Below, in pieces: positions 35,042-43,157 of a stretch of DNA of 59,639 nucleotides. Location of the stretch: the UHGV virus genome UHGV-1364324; one strand, written 5' to 3'. Under the pieces are notes generated by a model that was given only the letters and a program-made list of their open reading frames with translations, searched no databases and was not told where the DNA came from. This stretch comes from a virus. The position numbers and the translations under genes are program-made. The number at the start of each line of letters is the position of its first letter. Position 1 is the stretch's first letter.

Positions 35042-36297
35042 TGCGTACTGATGGCACTAACCATTTACGCCGGGCGCGGTCAATGAAAATTGGCTTTCTG
35101 TCCGGTGTGACCAAACCAGCGCATGAAGGCGCAAACGCCCTCATGCTTAAATCCCATGGTGAAACACCCGGCGAAGCCCTGCTGAAATCTGCGTTTAGTG
35201 CGGCGCTTGCTGAACAGCAGCTGGAACAGCAGGTGAACCAGTTCCTTTCTAACTCATGGGTGCTTAATGAAGCGCTTCGCGAGTCAGCAGAGGATATTGC
35301 GAAAGATGATTCAATTACTGATAAACAAGCAGCATTGCGTGACGCAGTAAATGAATATATTATAACAATGCAGCAGGCCGCTGGTATTTCGCTTAATAAA
35401 GCGAAGGGTGGTAAAACAGAAGGTGGTGAAGTATTCCCGGCATCCGATTACGCTTATGTACCGGACCCGGAAAAACCTTCAACCTGGAAACTTCGTTTAA
35501 CCTCCACGCCCGGCGGAAAACCTGATTCACGTATTGTCGGCGCTGCACTGGCCGCATTAGGTCCAGGGTATCGCGGTAATAAGGTTGAAATCCCTGAAGC
35601 TGATTTAGCAGGTGTGAAAAGTAAGGTTCGGGCCGCGTGGAAAGAATTGCACCCGGATCAAGAAATCCCCCAGGTTTTAAAAACGGCAGAGGAAATTGAA
35701 ATGTCCGAACTGGAAAAATACAAAGCTCTGGCTGAGATGAGCGATACCCACAAGGCGTATCATGATGCTCTGCCTGAAACCGATCAGGAAGCGTTCCGTA
35801 AAATGGACGCAACCGCCCGTGACGCTCTGGTAGTTATGGCGAAACAGGCTGATGAATCTTTTACTACTCTGGCAGGCCAGGAAGTGAAAAAATCCGTAGC
35901 TGGCGCGATGTATGACGTTCTGAAAACTCAGGACGAACAGATCCGCAAAGCACAAACCGAAGCGGCGCTGGCGAAAGCTAAAGAAGTCGTTAATACCGAC
36001 TTTGCACATATTCCGGGTGAAGTTGTCCAGAAAACCGCGATGGTCATGGCGCTGGATAAACTGCCGGAAGCCGATCGCACTTTCGTGGTTGAGAAACTGA
36101 AACAGGCTGATACCCTGTGGAAAGAACGTAAAACGCCTGCAGCGCCAACCGGTGGTAAAGGTTCCAGTGCGTTTGAAGATCTGGTCAGCGAATACATGAA
36201 GAACAACCCAGGCAAAACCCGTGCACAGGCCATGCAGGCCGTCGCATCGACCAAAAAAGGCCAGGATGTTATCGAAACCATGCGAGGTGATGAATAA
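35041..36297 (+). CDS. scaffolding protein
   Basis: 418 aa, Ala/Glu/Lys-rich helical repeats; TAATG coupling. Confidence 0.5.
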   Translation: MRTDGTNHLRRARSMKIGFLSGVTKPAHEGANALMLKSHGETPGEALLKSAFSAALAEQQLEQQVNQFLSNSWVLNEALRESAEDIAKDDSITDKQAALRDAVNEYIITMQQAAGISLNKAKGGKTEGGEVFPASDYAYVPDPEKPSTWKLRLTSTPGGKPDSRIVGAALAALGPGYRGNKVEIPEADLAGVKSKVRAAWKELHPDQEIPQVLKTAEEIEMSELEKYKALAEMSDTHKAYHDALPETDQEAFRKMDATARDALVVMAKQADESFTTLAGQEVKKSVAGAMYDVLKTQDEQIRKAQTEAALAKAKEVVNTDFAHIPGEVVQKTAMVMALDKLPEADRTFVVEKLKQADTLWKERKTPAAPTGGKGSSAFEDLVSEYMKNNPGKTRAQAMQAVASTKKGQDVIETMRGDE

Positions 36298-36704
36298 TGG
36301 CTACTAATAGCAAAATCTACTGGAACTATGAGCGCCCGACCCGTGCTGTTGCCAGCGTAGCGATCGCCGCTGGTGTTGGTCTGGTGCTCGATACCAGTCT
36401 GGGCGACACCAACGCATGCGTACCGAAATACAAACTTCCTGCTGCTGGCGGTCGTATCGACGGCGTAGCACTGGACGATGTAGCGGCTAATCAGTTCTTT
36501 GATCTGGTCAACGAAAAAGAAAAATTCGTTCCGATTAAAGCGGCTGCGGCTTTCGGTGTCGGTGTTGAACTCGCAGTAACTGCCGCTGGTAAATTCCAGA
36601 CTGCAACCACGGGTCAACTGGTCGTGGCAATTTCGCAGACCCAGGCCACCGCTGCGGATCAGGTTGTTACGGCTTTAGTCCGTGCGCCGTACGCTAAAGC
36701 ATAA
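36297..36704 (+). CDS. head decoration protein (lambda gpD-like)
   Basis: 135 aa; LVLDTS motif like lambda D; directly precedes major capsid. Confidence 0.45.
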   Translation: MATNSKIYWNYERPTRAVASVAIAAGVGLVLDTSLGDTNACVPKYKLPAAGGRIDGVALDDVAANQFFDLVNEKEKFVPIKAAAAFGVGVELAVTAAGKFQTATTGQLVVAISQTQATAADQVVTALVRAPYAKA

Positions 36705-36719
36705 TCAGGAGCAAATCAG

Positions 36720-37739
36720 ATGAGCTATAAACAGAATTTCCGCGACGTTAGCAACCCGGATCTATTCCTGTCTAACTTTTCGGTAGCGTACTGGCAGGAT
36801 ACATCACTGTTCGTCGGTACTCGTTATTTCCCGGTTGTTCCGGTAAACCTGGCGGCTGGTAAGTATCTTACCTATCCGAAAGGTTATTTCGGTCGCCCGG
36901 TTAACTCGAAACGCGCTGAAGATGGTGTTGCTAACACTATCGGCTACAAAACCAAAAGCGAAGGCTATACCGTCGATGACGACGCGATCCGTATTTTTAT
37001 CTCTGATAAAAAACGCGCAAACGTCGCAAACGGTCAGCAGCTGGATATGGAAGCAACAGGTGTTGTTACCGATGCACTGCTGATCAATAAAGAGATCGAC
37101 TTCGTTTCTAAGTTCCTTGTGCCGGGTAAATGGGCAACTGACTATCAGGGTGTTGCATCTGGTCCTACTGGTAACCAGTTCCTGAAATGGTCTAATGCCA
37201 ACTCTGACCCGATCGGTGATATCCTGTCTCGCCGCGTAGCGTTCTCGCTGGCAACGGGCGGTCGCCGCTGGAACAAGGCGCTGATGACCCTGGACGTTTA
37301 CGATGCTCTGACCCGTAACCCGTCTGTTATCGACCGTATCAACGGTGCGTCTACCAGTCAGAATCCGGGTATTGTGACCCAACAAGCGCTGGCCGCTCTG
37401 CTGGAAGTCAACGAGATCGAAATTATGCAGTCCGTGGTTAACATGGCTGCTGACGGTCTGGAAACTGCAGAAGGTGACCCGCTTACCGATATGCAGTTTG
37501 CAGCTGAAGGCGTGCTGATGCTGAACTATGTTGAACCGACAGTGGGCAACATGAAGCCTATCGCAGCTGTTACCTTTGCCTGGAATGAATTTGTTGGTCT
37601 GGGCATTGATAACGGTCCGGCGATCCGTACCTATCCGGGTGTTGAAGGTCGTCGCGGTAACTTTGTTGAAGCAGAGTTTGCGATTGATACCCAGATGGTT
37701 GCACCGGATATGGGTATTCTGTTCTACGACGCTGTTTAA
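36720..37739 (+). CDS. major capsid protein (lambda gpE-like family)
   Basis: 339 aa; position after scaffold/decoration; terminator follows. Confidence 0.7.
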   Translation: MSYKQNFRDVSNPDLFLSNFSVAYWQDTSLFVGTRYFPVVPVNLAAGKYLTYPKGYFGRPVNSKRAEDGVANTIGYKTKSEGYTVDDDAIRIFISDKKRANVANGQQLDMEATGVVTDALLINKEIDFVSKFLVPGKWATDYQGVASGPTGNQFLKWSNANSDPIGDILSRRVAFSLATGGRRWNKALMTLDVYDALTRNPSVIDRINGASTSQNPGIVTQQALAALLEVNEIEIMQSVVNMAADGLETAEGDPLTDMQFAAEGVLMLNYVEPTVGNMKPIAAVTFAWNEFVGLGIDNGPAIRTYPGVEGRRGNFVEAEFAIDTQMVAPDMGILFYDAV

Positions 37740-37756
37740 CAGTCTGCCGTAATCAC

Positions 37757-37790
37757 AAAGGGGTGGCTAACGCTGCCCCTTTTGCTTATG
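37757..37790 (+). terminator. intrinsic terminator after major capsid gene
   Basis: AAAGGGGTGGC taac GCTGCCCCTTT TGCTTAT (11-bp stem incl. G-U). Confidence 0.55.
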
Positions 37791-37801
37791 TGAGGTTTAT
37801 C

Positions 37802-38185
37802 ATGAAAAAAAATGAATTTGATCCGTCAGCTAAATATCGTTTCACCCGTCCTATGCTCTGGCACGGTAAGTACGTTGCCACGGGTGATGCTGTTCCCGAC
37901 GATGGTACACCTGTTGGCATTTTGCGGGCATTGTTCAAACAGCGGCAGATTGAAGCCGTTGTACCCGTTACCATCCAAAACAAAAGCAACGAACCGGTAA
38001 CTGTTAGTCAGAAAGATGACAAAATAACTATCAGTGCTGGCCCGGTAGCTGAGATCCGCAGTGAAGGCGATGGCTTCTATAACGTTTATATGTCCGGTAT
38101 GCCATTAACCCCGGCTAAAATTCGCGGTAAGAAAGCCGTTGAAAAATGGTGTGAAGAACAAAAGTTGACTTACAAGTATTCTTGA
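37802..38185 (+). CDS. hypothetical protein
   Basis: Start MKKNEFD with GAGG RBS; 127 aa. Confidence 0.45.
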   Translation: MKKNEFDPSAKYRFTRPMLWHGKYVATGDAVPDDGTPVGILRALFKQRQIEAVVPVTIQNKSNEPVTVSQKDDKITISAGPVAEIRSEGDGFYNVYMSGMPLTPAKIRGKKAVEKWCEEQKLTYKYS

Positions 38186-38945
38186 CGTATTGTTAGTTCA
38201 AGGCGACGCTGATTAGATAGAACTGCATAGCAGACGCTGTTGAAAACCTTAGCCTTTAATCGGTCACCATGTGTGACGCTGGATAAACGTAACCAGCAAC
38301 TATCAGGTAAGGGTATTGACAGGTGGATGTTCGTAGCGCTGCGTAACTTTTGATGGGTTCGAGTCCCATACAATGCTCTTTCCGATAGTTTTCGTGGCGA
38401 CTTTGCGGGTTTTTAGAAACTGACCACAAAGATAAATGCAAACGAAGAAATGTATCTGGCAGTAGCCTAACGGCTAAACACCAGTGAGGTATTCCAGCTC
38501 CTCATCAACGAATCTGGCGCACTGGCCCGGTGTGATTAATAATGGGCACACAACAGGTAAGGTAATTTCAAGCAGTCTCAAGGGGTGCGCCCGCACTGAT
38601 GACGATCGGTGCGCAAAAGTACGCACAGAAGAACTTGGAGTTATCTTTCCGTTGTGGTGAAGTACAAGATGACAGTGCTGATGAATCGGGGACATCAAAA
38701 CCCTTGAGCCGGGTCATATGGGGACGGCAAGAACGCGACTTCAGCCACCACACGTGCGAATCACACCAATAGGAGGTGATCGCTATCTTGCTGGCGGGCA
38801 AGCCGCAAAGCGTGGGTAAAGCACGTTGTGAAACGTTCTGAACTGCGTAAAGAATTAACCCAGAGCCATGCAATTATTCGCCGTCTGTTTAAGACGGCTT
38901 TTTTTCGTGCTAAAATAATGAAAACTATTCTGTACAGGTGACCAC
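38186..38945 (+). other. about 750-bp non-coding island with tRNA-like T-arm/acceptor element and terminal intrinsic terminator
   Basis: No ORF >=60 aa; ATGGG TTCGAGT CCCAT T-arm at 38353..38369; 7-nt 38187..38193 complementary to 38370..38376; no canonical D/anticodon arms. Confidence 0.3.
38880..38905 (+). terminator. intrinsic terminator
   Basis: GCCGTCT gttta AGACGGC TTTTTTT. Confidence 0.7.
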
Positions 38946-39356
38946 ATGGCAATCACAGTTGAAGGTATCCGCAATTTAATTAACGTTCCTGATATCAGTG
39001 ATGACACAATTCAGTGGTACATCGATAACGGGTACACCAATCCGTTAAGTATCTGTATCGCGCTTTGTGATTACATGGCTTCACTGGTCAGTAACGATAC
39101 TGATATTAAAGTTGGCCCCATCTCACTTTCTGGTAGTGACGCCGCTAAAGCCTGGAACTTGCTTAAAAAAGATTTTATTTTGCGTTTGAATACCGGGACG
39201 GATCCGGGTGGTTCAGGATTTGGCTTAGGGTTTGGTGTCGGCGGTATTACATTAACTGGTCAGGGTATGCCCCCTGCTATTCAGCGTGGGCAGTTTGATA
39301 ACCCACCTATCACGCTTGAGAACAACACTACACGCATTAATGAAGGTGAGCAGTAA
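38946..39356 (+). CDS. head-tail connector/adaptor (gp6-like)
   Basis: 136 aa; first gene after head module. Confidence 0.4.
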   Translation: MAITVEGIRNLINVPDISDDTIQWYIDNGYTNPLSICIALCDYMASLVSNDTDIKVGPISLSGSDAAKAWNLLKKDFILRLNTGTDPGGSGFGLGFGVGGITLTGQGMPPAIQRGQFDNPPITLENNTTRINEGEQ

Positions 39357-39730
39357 TGTCCGATCAACGTAACCGTGTTTTAGCAGGTGTTACACGCGCA
39401 CTCGCAGAAGTGGGTGAAGATCTGACTGTATCGCGTACTGTAACCACACCAAACCCCAGCAACCCCACGCTACCCGGTGTGACAGAAACTACGGTTCACA
39501 GTTGCCGTGGTTATGTTTACCCACTGGAAAAATGGGATCCGTCAACCATGACGCGCAATACCGTGACAATGGTCATTATGGATACGAAATCTTTTGACCC
39601 GCCTTTTGTGCCTGAACGTGGTGATGTGGTAACTGATAACCGTGGGCGTGAATACAGGTTGTTAGACCGTCAAAATCCGCGTTTGCTGGGTGATGATATG
39701 GCGTTTATTCATCCTACAGGCGCTGCATAA
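39356..39730 (+). CDS. head closure / head-tail joining protein
   Basis: 124 aa; ATGA coupling. Confidence 0.35.
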   Translation: MSDQRNRVLAGVTRALAEVGEDLTVSRTVTTPNPSNPTLPGVTETTVHSCRGYVYPLEKWDPSTMTRNTVTMVIMDTKSFDPPFVPERGDVVTDNRGREYRLLDRQNPRLLGDDMAFIHPTGAA

Positions 39731-40158
39731 TGGCACGTAACGTTAATGATATAAACCGGATCACTGGTGTCTTTAAAGACATTAAAGCTGATTTACAGGA
39801 TTTCACAAATCGTGAGGTTATCCGGTATGTTTTAACGTTGCGTAATATTTTAATCAGTGAACCACCTACAGGTACACCCGTTGATACGGGATGGGCATCT
39901 AACAACTGGTGGTTCGATCAAGGTCAACCAGCTAATAGCCCTTCTACAGCATCTGGTGATGTTGCAACCAGTAAAGCGCGTATTGAACAGGATACAATAA
40001 CGATCAGCAGTATTGTTGTTAATGGTCAGTCACTGCACATAACGAATAACGTTCCATATATTGGTGTTCTGAATAGTGGTAGCAGCTTACAAACACCATC
40101 CGGGTTTGTGGATCGTGCTATTTTAACAGCCGGAATTATGGTGAGGTTCAATCAATGA
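39730..40158 (+). CDS. tail completion / neck protein (HK97 gp10-like)
   Basis: 142 aa; position. Confidence 0.35.
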   Translation: MARNVNDINRITGVFKDIKADLQDFTNREVIRYVLTLRNILISEPPTGTPVDTGWASNNWWFDQGQPANSPSTASGDVATSKARIEQDTITISSIVVNGQSLHITNNVPYIGVLNSGSSLQTPSGFVDRAILTAGIMVRFNQ

Positions 40159-40577
40159 AAATCTCTGACGTATCCGGGGTTGTTTATAATCGTGTTCTGG
40201 CTAATCTCCCCGTGGAGATAACACCGGATCGTTTTACGATTGCATCTGGTAATCTTCCCGATGACACAACAAAGAAACCCGGACTTATTTTAACGCATAA
40301 CCCTGGTCCGTGGGCAATTACAACACTGGGTGGTGAGGGTGTTTGTCGTCGTCGCTTACGTACAGGGAACGTTTTTTTACAGGTGCGCACTCCTGCACAA
40401 TACGGAATGGACACGTTAAGTCTTGATATTGCTGATCGACTGGCGCGTTTGTTTGAAGGTATCTGGCAGGATCGCCCGTTACTTTATACAGGTGTTGATG
40501 TAAGATATGTGGGACGTGATAATGCCTGGTTCCTCGCGAATACGGTTATCACTTATGAATTCGAAGAAGTCTATTAG
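40155..40577 (+). CDS. tail terminator-like protein
   Basis: 140 aa; position before major tail protein. Confidence 0.35.
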   Translation: MKISDVSGVVYNRVLANLPVEITPDRFTIASGNLPDDTTKKPGLILTHNPGPWAITTLGGEGVCRRRLRTGNVFLQVRTPAQYGMDTLSLDIADRLARLFEGIWQDRPLLYTGVDVRYVGRDNAWFLANTVITYEFEEVY

Positions 40578-40593
40578 CGAATGAGGAACCAAA

Positions 40594-42051
40594 ATGGCTG
40601 AGTCAATTTTTAACTGTAATCAGGCCAGCGCTGCAGACGTTAACGCAACCCGTCTTTCTGTGGCTAAGGTCTGCGAGCCTGTCAGCGGTACACCATGGAC
40701 TGTACAGCAACCGAATGAAATCAGTTCGTATTCTGCTGACATTACCAAAACTCAACGTACCCCGATCAGCACTGACCGATCCGCGCGGAAAGGCACGGTA
40801 ACCAACGTTGAAGTTGCACCAGGGTTTCAGACTGATATTACGCTGGACACATTCCGTTACTGGGGTGACGGCTTCCTTTACAGCCGCTGGATGGGTGCCG
40901 GGGCTATCGATATTGATGTGATCAGCGTTGATAGCGATAGCTATACTGTTGCCGCACTTGCAAGCGCATTACCAGCCGGAACCTTAGTTTATGCTGCAGG
41001 GTTTATGATGGCTGCGAACAATGGCCTGAAAACTGTTGGTTCAGGTAGCACGACTACCGATATCAACGTTACTGGTCTGGTAGCTGAGGCATCCCCGCCA
41101 GCGACTGCACGTTTATATGTAGTCGGTACAGTCGCGGCTGCAGGCGATATTGCGGTGAATGCAAATGGGCAAATCACCTCAACCACGCTGGACTTTACCA
41201 CGCTGGGGTTAATTCCGGGCCAGTACATCTATATTGATGGTTTCACCCAGACCGTTACCAGTAAGTTAGCGCGGGTTGTCGCCGTTACTGCCCATGTGCT
41301 TACGCTGGCAAGCAGTGAGTTTGTAACAGAAGTCGGTACAGGGAAAACGGTTAGTATTTACGTTTCCAGTTTTGTGCGTAACGTTCCGGTTGATTCAGCA
41401 GATTTTGTTAAAACTGAATACACGATGGAAGCGCGTTATAACACTGAACCGGAAATTTTCGAATATGCCCGTGGTGTCAGCGCTAACCAGATGACCATTA
41501 ACGCGCCGCTGACTGAAAAAATGACAATGGATCTGACATTTGTCGCACAGGATTTGTCAGAGCCTGTTGATACTCCGCTGCCGGGTTCTGGTTATTACGA
41601 TTTCGTTGAAAACGAAGCGTATAACACGGTTACTAACCTCAACCGTGTTCGCCTGACCGGGATCGATGAAAGTGGGCTTTCAACCTATCTGAAAGATACC
41701 ACCATCACGATCAACAACAACGTATCGGGTGAAAACACGCTGGGCCGTATGGGTGCCACGTTTACCAACCTGGGTAACCTGGAAGTCACTATTGATACTG
41801 AAGCAGTGATGACTGATGGCGCGGTGCTTGCGGCGATCCGCAACAACACCACCGTTACGTTTGAGCTGGCTGGCGTTAACGGTGACGGTGCATTCGTGGT
41901 TAACATTCCTGCTATGACGCTGGGTGATGGTTCTAAGAACCTGGCGACGGGTGAGAAGGTTAAAGTGACAGTATCAGGTACAGCCCATGAAGAAGCGGGT
42001 CTGGACTTCATGATCGGCTTCAGTCTGTTCCCGTATCTGCCAACTCTGTAA
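40594..42051 (+). CDS. major tail (tube) protein with C-terminal extension domain
   Basis: 485 aa; strong terminator immediately downstream. Confidence 0.5.
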   Translation: MAESIFNCNQASAADVNATRLSVAKVCEPVSGTPWTVQQPNEISSYSADITKTQRTPISTDRSARKGTVTNVEVAPGFQTDITLDTFRYWGDGFLYSRWMGAGAIDIDVISVDSDSYTVAALASALPAGTLVYAAGFMMAANNGLKTVGSGSTTTDINVTGLVAEASPPATARLYVVGTVAAAGDIAVNANGQITSTTLDFTTLGLIPGQYIYIDGFTQTVTSKLARVVAVTAHVLTLASSEFVTEVGTGKTVSIYVSSFVRNVPVDSADFVKTEYTMEARYNTEPEIFEYARGVSANQMTINAPLTEKMTMDLTFVAQDLSEPVDTPLPGSGYYDFVENEAYNTVTNLNRVRLTGIDESGLSTYLKDTTITINNNVSGENTLGRMGATFTNLGNLEVTIDTEAVMTDGAVLAAIRNNTTVTFELAGVNGDGAFVVNIPAMTLGDGSKNLATGEKVKVTVSGTAHEEAGLDFMIGFSLFPYLPTL

Positions 42052-42058
42052 AAGAACT

Positions 42059-42084
42059 GCCCCGGACTAACCGGGGCTTTTTAT
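42059..42084. terminator. strong intrinsic terminator (bidirectional)
   Basis: GCCCCGG actaa CCGGGGC TTTTTAT; U-rich on rc as well. Confidence 0.7.
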
Positions 42085-42087
42085 GTG

Positions 42088-42282
42088 TTAGTTAAGATAT
42101 GCCGCACGACCAGCCATATAACCAGCGAGAAACATTTTAAACCACTCGTTGCACTCTCCTTGCTGATAATATGCACCAATTTTCCACATTTCTTTTTCTT
42201 CGCGGTCGAAACGAAAACGCCCTTTGCAGTTCTTTTCAAAAGACTCCATAATTTCGTACCATTCTTTTGTGAACAACATCAC
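42088..42282 (-). CDS. moron: small hypothetical protein (64 aa) with own promoter and terminator inside tail operon
   Basis: MMLFTKEWYEIMESFEKNCKG...; opposite strand to flanking tail genes. Confidence 0.5.
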   Translation of the reverse strand: MMLFTKEWYEIMESFEKNCKGRFRFDREEKEMWKIGAYYQQGECNEWFKMFLAGYMAGRAAYLN

Positions 42283-42311
42283 TCTTACCCTCAGTTCGTT
42301 TCGTTGTGATA

Positions 42312-42360
42312 ACTATACCGCCCTGTCTGCAATCCGTCAAGAATTATTTTAAATACCTTG
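42312..42360 (-). promoter_or_regulatory. conserved-family promoter (UP + TTGACG, 17-bp spacer, TATAGT)
   Basis: Promoter + leader nearly identical to 34245..34310. Confidence 0.6.
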
Positions 42361-42418
42361 CGCAATTCGTACAGAACTATTACTATCAACGTGTCATCTA
42401 ACATAACAGGTAAACATC

Positions 42419-42841
42419 ATGTCCAAGTTTGATCATCTTAAAAAAGCACTTTCACCGTTGGTTTTGAAAGCCTCTGCTGAACTGATTCTGAATGAAAATT
42501 TCAAAATCATCGTGTTGAACCTGAACACCACTAACCAGGCGTATAACGCTGCTGTTGCGAACTACATGAAAGGTCGCGCGGCGCTTCCTGAAGATTTTTT
42601 TGAACGTCTCTGGAAGCAGGAGTATTTCCCGCAGGGGATCGAGTTCGTCGCTAATGTCCTGATGCTGGACTGGGTATTGTTGTCAGAAGATGACACGCCT
42701 GAACCGTTCAGCCCGGAAGAAGCGATTGAACTGATGAACGATGATCGGTTTGGGCCGTCCATTTATGCGCGGGTAATTCAGTTCTCCATTAACTCCGCAA
42801 TGTTTAAAGACGACTGGGAGAAACAGATCACAAAAAACTAA
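42419..42841 (+). CDS. tail assembly chaperone (gpG-like)
   Basis: 140 aa immediately upstream of tape measure; slippery site at 3' end. Confidence 0.55.
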   Translation: MSKFDHLKKALSPLVLKASAELILNENFKIIVLNLNTTNQAYNAAVANYMKGRAALPEDFFERLWKQEYFPQGIEFVANVLMLDWVLLSEDDTPEPFSPEEAIELMNDDRFGPSIYARVIQFSINSAMFKDDWEKQITKN

Positions 42842-43107
42842 TTGACTTCCTCCAGTGGAACCGCAAAACAGACGGCGATGATCTGGACTGGGTTGCACAG
42901 GGGGCTGCAGCGCGTGGTAAGGCCGTTCCGGCAGTAATCAGCAATCGTCCGGTATTACGTCGTGACGCATTGTTTTACTGGAATGCTTACCTCGATCTGA
43001 TGACGGCTGACTGGGGAACCTGCGAACATTACGCCCGGTGTTATAACGTTGATGTTCAATTCCTGTGGTCATTACTGATTAAGTTACGCGCTGTTGGGTC
43101 AAAGTAG
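42832..43107 (+). other. programmed -1 ribosomal frameshift site A_AAA_AAC and GT-like extension ORF (about 90 codons, no ATG)
   Basis: Heptamer at 42832..42838 in zero frame of chaperone; -1 frame open to TAG at 43105..43107. Confidence 0.6.
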
Positions 43108-43157
43108 TCACGGGGTCACGGTTGAGTTAAACTATTCGTATCATCGTTTCAGGAGGC

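Noticed and set aside
35928-37385. Minus-strand ORFs 35928..36617 and 36804..37385
   Set aside because: Antisense to the scaffold and major capsid genes; Ser/Arg-rich shadow ORFs.
38353-38377. Canonical tRNA gene
   Set aside because: Only a T-arm and a possible acceptor pairing are present; no D-arm or anticodon arm can be drawn within tRNA length, so kept as tRNA-like element, not called tRNA.
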